A DNA stretch of 64,000 nt. Origin: Fonticula alba ATCC 38817 (Eukaryota; Protista; Nucleariida). The position numbers and the translations under genes were made by a program. Shown in pieces: positions 58,025 through 64,000 of the stretch. The notes beneath the pieces were generated by a model. It searched no databases. It saw only the letters and a program-made list of their open reading frames with translations, and was not told where the DNA came from. Location: NCBI GenBank assembly GCA_000388065.2, contig KB932201.1. One strand, given 5' to 3'. Each line of letters starts with the position of its first letter. Positions within the stretch are counted from its first letter, which is position 1.

Positions 58025-59624
58025 ATGTGTGGTCTCTCGGGCTTTGCGTCCCCCCCCCCCCCGCTTTGCCCGATGTGTGCCGCCGTTGCGCCTGAATGCG
58101 AGTGTGCGCACGTGTCTGTGTGTTTGCATGTTGTGAGTACACACGCACGCGCGTCCTCCCTCTGGCCTTTGCCCTCTCTTCACATGTTCGCCCGCCGTTC
58201 CCCTGTGCGCCGCTCCTCCCCCCCGAGAGCGTCTGGAGTCTGTGCCGGCCTCCATCTTGGCCGCAATCCCCGCACGACCTCTCTCTCTCATCCGATTTGT
58301 ATGCTTCTATCCTCGCCCTCCCGCGCCGCTTGTGGGCATGCATACCCGTTTGCCTGGGCACACCAATTCCTTCAACCATCCACCTCCCTCCCTCTCCCGA
58401 CACATGGCACCCATGTGTCGGAGTGGGTTGAAGATGGACCCTTGTACCATTATGTCGGCCCCATGTGTATGCTCCCCCTCTCGCACGCACGCATGCTTGC
58501 ATTTGCACTCTCATAAGCTCCACCGTGTCTCCACTTTCCCTCTGCCCGATGATCTGCATTTCGACAGAGGTAGAATTGTACCAATCTCTCGTTTGCCTCC
58601 TCGCCTCCCCGCCCTTTTCCCCCCTTCCCTCTGATAAACAGCCCCGTGGACGGTGTTTTCTCCTCGAGAATGCATCCCACTCCAATAACAAAGAAATTAC
58701 AAAGCACATCCCCGGTTCACCTTTTTATATACATCTATATTCCGACACCTGCGCGTGTAAAGGATACACCTTGTGATGACTTCCAAGCGGGGAGGGACAA
58801 GGATTGCCACCGGGGGGGGGGGGGGGGGGGTGGGGGGGGGGGGGGGGGGGTAGCTACAGGGGATGGCGTCCACATGTGGACCCGGAAGCGTGCATACCTG
58901 GTGGCCCTTTCTCTCGTGGCTCTCTTTATCGCGCCTGGGACACGCGATGAGCCTGAAATCCGCCGATATGCCCCCTCTCGTCCCTCAAGTAGAACGCCCA
59001 CCGGCTTCGGTGCGCCCAACAAGGGACACAAAACGGTTAGGGCTTGTCTTTGTTTCGCCCCTCCACCCACAGGTGAAGTTCAGGATCGCACTGTCGTGCA
59101 CTTTCTTTGCACACAATAACTGCCTCGGCCTGACGTGGGTGGCCTCACCCTTAAAACGAGTGGCCGCCGATGGGTGTGTCCTCCAGTGTGTGTGTGTGCG
59201 CGCGCACCTGTCTCCGTACATCTTTAAGCCATTCGTATTGGCCAAATACATCCAATCTACATATGAATGCCACATCCAGTGCCCACTCCCCCGAACAGGA
59301 AAAAAAAAGCCGATCTAATCCCCCGAACTCAACGCCCAGCCACCCGGACATGCAGCAGCAGGACACATGGAGGGAAGGGGCCCGTGCACAATCATGAAAG
59401 AGGGAGAGAGGGCGACGGACACCAACACAACCATGGGTAGATGGGCCAGAGAGGGAGAAGGTATAGCGCTGGGGGGTGGGGGGTGGGGGGGGAGCTAGGT
59501 AATGCTATATCTTTTGAATGGGGGGAGAGGGAGAGTTGGGAAGAGAGGCAAAGGGGGAGAGCCCACAAGGAAACTGGCGTGGGCATCGGAAAGCAGCGCC
59601 CAGCGCGGCGGTTACGTGGCGACA

Positions 59625-61412
59625 TCACCGGATGGAGAAAACTGCCCCGAGAAACTGCTCATACTGCATTGTGGCCCAGCCATTCTGCTCGAAGGAAAGG
59701 GTGGTGAGAGGGGGGGAGGAGGGGGAAAGGAGGGGGAAAGGAGGACAGAGAGCAGGGTCAGAACAAGGGGCACAAACAGGGGGAAAAGGTGAATGGGACA
59801 GAAGGCAGAGCAACAAAATACCCACCTGGTTGATGTCGTAGCGGCGGAAGGCATTGGTAAGGCTCTGGAGGGTCGCACAGAGCTCGATAAAGTGATCGAA
59901 GGCAATGCCGGTCTGGTCTGTGGGTTGACGTGCAACGGGGCGTCGGGGGGGGGGGGAGGTAGCAAGTGGGCGCACAGTCAGCATAGGCAGAGAAACCCGC
60001 GGGGAGGGCCGCCCCCTGCACAAGGGACCAGCACTTGGTCTGACTCGCTACGCACCGGGTACTGAGTACTTCCGGAGGAGAATGCTAACCATCTGATCAC
60101 TGAGAGCATAGCCAAACTGACGCAAGGCAGTGCGAAGTTCGTGGATGTCGATCGAGCCAGACTGGTCTGTGGTGGTACGGGTGCACACGCACACACGCAC
60201 ACACGAGGGAACACGGTGATAGGGAGAGGGGAGAAGCACCCGGAGGTCAGAAGAGTGATCGATGGACCGTAGAGAAACGCGCCCGCACAGCAACAGCAAC
60301 GCAGAGGGGTCACCCAGGTTGAAGGGGGGGAAAAACCGCGCTCACGTACCGCGATCAAACTGGCGGAAAACATTTACCCACTGGCCGATGTAAGACCAGA
60401 TGCCCTGCGCGNNNNNNNNNNNNNNNNNNNNNNNNNNNNNNNNNNNNNNNNNNNNNNNNNNNNNNNNNNNNNNNNNNNNNNNNNNNNNNNNNNNNNNNNN
60501 NNNNNNNNNNNNNNNNNNNNNNNNNNNNNNNNNNNNNNNNNNNNNNNNNNNNNNNNNNNNNNNNNNNNNNNNNNNNNNNNNNNNNNNNNNNNNNNNNNNN
60601 NNNNNNNNNNNNNNNNNNNNNNNNNNNNNNNNNNNNNNNNNNNNNNNNNNNNNNNNNNNNNNNNNNNNNNNNNNNNNNNNNNNNNNNNNNNNNNNNNNNN
60701 NNNNNNNNNNNAGAGAGAGAGAGGGGGACGAGGAAGAGGAAGAAATGATCCAACATCCGGATGTCAGCACAGCAAGGAGATATCGTCAAAGAGGAGGGGC
60801 AGAGAAGAGAGGGATGCAGTGGCGATACGCGAGTCAAGGATCGGCAAGATCGCCGCGGGTGGGAGAGCACCCAAGCGCACCTTAAACTTTTGAAAATCGA
60901 TGGTGCCATTGTTGTCAACATCAAAGAGGTTGATCAAGAGGCTGATGGTGGGAGAGGCAGGGGGCGGAGGAGGGAAAGCACAGAGGGGAAGAAAGGAATG
61001 TTAGTTGATTGACAACCACAGGAGTCAAGGTCAGGGGGCGGTGGGCTCATGAAAGGGACGCACTTGATCGTGGACATGGCAAAGGGCCGATTAGCCCATC
61101 CGCCATTGGTGAGGCAGCGCTGAAGCTCCTCCGCGTTGATTGTCCCTGAACGGTCACTGGCGATGGAAGAGGAGGAACATGGAGACGATCACAGGGGTCA
61201 GAGAGAGGAGACATACAAAAAGAGAGAGAGAGAGAGAGAGAGGGGAGGGCGAGGCGAAAGTGGGCAGTGGCGTTTCAAAAGGGAGGGGGCGGGGGAGTCG
61301 AGATGCAGGCTTACGTGTCTACGGCGCGGAAGAAATTCAGAAGCTGCGCTTCCTGGGGAGACATCGCAGGGTAGCCGCCGTGGCCAGGAGGGGGGTGACG
61401 CTGATATGACAT
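59625..61412 (-). CDS. Penta-EF-hand Ca2+-binding protein (ALG-2/PDCD6/peflin family), multi-exon with an N gap
   Basis: MSYQRHPPPGHGGYP...FFRAVD; DRSGTINAEELQRCLTNGGW..F...TI; LLINLFDVDNNGTIDFQEF; IWSYIGQWVNVFRQFDR|DQSGSIDIHELRTALRQFGYALS; IAFDHFIELCATLQSLTNAFRRYD; GWATMQYEQFLGAVFSIR*. Confidence 0.9.
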
Positions 61413-64000
61413 GGCTGTGTGGGTGGGAGGAGAGAGTGAGCACCAAGGGCAAGACGGGGAAAGATCTACACGACCGGGGGGAGGCTGGAGGGAGAAAGAG
61501 AGAGGGAGGAGGCGGGGGGGGGGAAGTGTGGGGCGACGCACTTGGGGGCGGAGACTCCGACGAATGGGGATGGGAAACCAAATCCGGGGATGGCGAGGAC
61601 GGAGAAAAGAGGGAGGGCGAGAGGGGAGGGGGCGAGGGGGAGAGCGAGGGAGGGGGGGGGGAGGGGTAGAAAGAGGGAGCGTTCAGGAGGGGCATTCGGG
61701 AGGGAGGCAATCCGCTGCTTCTACTCCAGCAACCAGGCAGACGGGCGCCCCGGGCATCTGAAAAAGGTCGCGCAGGAGGGTCCGGCCAAGGCCGGGAGTC
61801 TCGCGGAACTGTGTGTACCATTGCCGGGCCTCATGCGCCGCCCTCCCCCCCCCCCTCCCTCCGGGCTGCCCCCCCACACCGAAAAAGCCGGAAACAGGGA
61901 AAGCGCACCGGTTCACGAGGACCGCCCGTGCCTTGCTCGCCACTTTTCCGGCGTCAACAGCGGAGGAAGGGNNNNNNNNNNNNNNNNNNNNNNNNNNNNN
62001 NNNNNNNNNNNNNNNNNNNNNNNNNNNNNNNNNNNNNNNNNNNNNNNNNNNNNNNNNNNNNNNNNNNNNNNNNNNNNNNNNNNNNNNNNNNNNNNNNNNN
62101 NNNNNNNNNNNNNNNNNNNNNNNNNNNNNNNNNNNNNNNNNNNNNNNNNNNNNNNNNNNNNNNNNNNNNNNNNNNNNNNNNNNNNNNNNNNNNNNNNNNN
62201 NNNNNNNNNNNNNNNNNNNNNNNNNNNNNNNNNNNNNNNNNNNNNNNNNNNNNNNNNNNNNNNNNNNNNNNNNNNNNNNNNNNNNNNNNNNNNNNNNNNN
62301 NNNNNNNNNNNNNNNNNNNNNCTGCACACCTCCAAGCCTCAGGCGGGGAAAGGGGGGGGGGGGGGGGAGAGACCGCGCGGGGAAGACAGCATCCCTCCTT
62401 GCCCCGGGGCCACTTGGATAACCCTCGTTGGGGCTGGCCCTGAGGAGGTGGCAAGGGTGGACGTCTGGGGAATGGCGCGGGGCGCGGGCCGGCAGGGAGG
62501 ACCAGAAAACAATACACACCGCCCGGGCGGACGACCTTCGGAAGGGAAGAGACACCACAGATACCCCGGGGGCACCTCCTAGCCGAAGGTGATCACCCTT
62601 CTCTCGGCACCTTCGAGGAAACCAGCAGCCACAGGAAAGCCCGGGCCCTCTGATGGGGGGGGGGGAAGATGGGACGCGGGCGGGCTCACGAGGCCGGGCC
62701 CCACCGCCACCTGCACCGAAGGAGCTGCTGCTGAACGTGGGGCACACACAGGGACGAGGGGGGGCGGGGAGATTCCCGATTGGCTACCACATGTCGTGCG
62801 GAGACATCCCACAACCAAGATCACCCAAGCTATTTTCCCTGGGAGGCTCTGTACCTGGAGCCGTGTCTCATTTCTGGTGAAGGGTGGCGCGGCTCGGCCG
62901 CAGCGTCTGCGAAAACAGCTGCCCTTGCCCCCTCGACCGGGCCACGCCGCTTGCGGCCGGCACGATCACCTCCGGCGCCAGCGAAATAGTCTAGGCATGA
63001 GAATGTGGTTCCGGGAAAATGAGCCCGGCGCCCGTCCTCTCCGGGGGGGACCGCCCTTCACGCTGTCCCCGCGCCCCTGGTTCCCCGCGCGCCTCTCATG
63101 GCGAGCTTGTCCGGACCCATCTCGGCGCCTGTCGGGAAGGCTCCAAACGTGTAGATGCGGCGCACGGCAAAGAGCACCGGGAATGGGCGTGTCCGTGGGC
63201 TAGGATGTAGGTGTGTGTGTGTGTGTGTGTGTCAGACTCCCTTGACCGCAGCGGGCCCACGACGCCCCTGCCCCCGCCCCCCCCCTGGCGTCGGGCCTCG
63301 GCTTGAGCCCCGCCCATTTCAAGGAAAGGCCGAGAGCCTGCTCTGAGAGGGGGAGGCTTCCGCATGGGGAACGCCCCGCAGCCCCTTCACGGCCCCTCAG
63401 CTCCTCGCATACTTGCAAACAACAGAGTGACGTTGTCCGTGCTCCCTTCCTCGCGGGGGAACGCCGCGCCCTGCAGCCAGGGGGCGGGGGGGAGAGGGAC
63501 AGCGTGGAATATGGAGCCACGAGCAGACTCACGATCGCCACCGGTGACCTCGGGGGGCCGAAGCCCCCGGACCCCAGGGCACATGGCCATGTCCCAGCAC
63601 ACCAGGAAGCTCTCCCCCGACGGCGGAAATCCGGCACACATTTTCAAGCCCACACCAGCCCACACGAAGACACACGGCTCACTCACGCCCGGGTGGGGAG
63701 GGAAACTCCGAGCCTGGGCTACCCCGGCATGGGGCACCATGCGTCGCGGTCAACCGCGCGGGCTGGCAATTAAAGGACATTAGCCGAGCCGCAAGCAACT
63801 GACTGGCTCGGGGATATCGTCCCAGCGATACCGCGCCTGCCGGTGCGAAAAACGCCGAAGACCCCGGGGCCGGGCATGGCCCTCGCCGCTGCCAGCCACC
63901 ACCGCCGCCGCCGCCGCCGCCTTACTCGGCTATTGTCAGAAGGGCGCGGCAGGGCGCGACCGTCGTGGAGGTGTCCGTGCGGACCACAATTGAACAAGTG

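Noticed and set aside
58875-59119. Short ORF with a signal-peptide-like start (MWTRKRAYLVALSLVALFIAPG)
   Set aside because: It lies between convergent 3' ends, has no homology cue and no convincing gene structure, so it is likely UTR or intergenic.
1-64000. CRISPR arrays, rRNA, tRNA and transposase/reverse transcriptase genes
   Set aside because: I saw none. The repeats are microsatellites or coding low-complexity tracts, without repeat-spacer structure.

Overview
GC-rich, intron-containing eukaryotic nuclear DNA from a gapped draft assembly, with many N runs, poly-C/G tracts and (GA)n/(GT)n microsatellites. Splice donors are GTRYGY-like with CTRAC branch points close to the acceptor. A fungal-type FOX2 alongside TACC, COA8 and a PRAS40-like gene suggests a holomycotan/opisthokont protist such as Fonticula (inference). 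I reconstructed about 14 protein-coding genes by eye: clade-X ATP-PFK, TBCC, XRN2, NF-YC, a hypothetical helical protein, TACC-like, COA8, a MAP2K, CWF19L1, ATE1, FOX2/MFE-2, BCKDHA, PRAS40/Lobe-like, ATG8 and a penta-EF-hand protein. The most interesting observations are: (1) an ArgRS N-terminal-like putative tRNA-binding domain inserted in ATE1; (2) a PRAS40/Lobe-like protein outside animals; (3) an NF-YC with an AT-hook inserted in its histone fold; (4) a FOX2 whose first dehydrogenase domain appears catalytically dead; (5) an intronless bacterial-type PFK; (6) an unannotated, apparently structured RNA-like element near 44.0-44.2 kb. All family assignments come from motif recognition from memory; no database searches were run.
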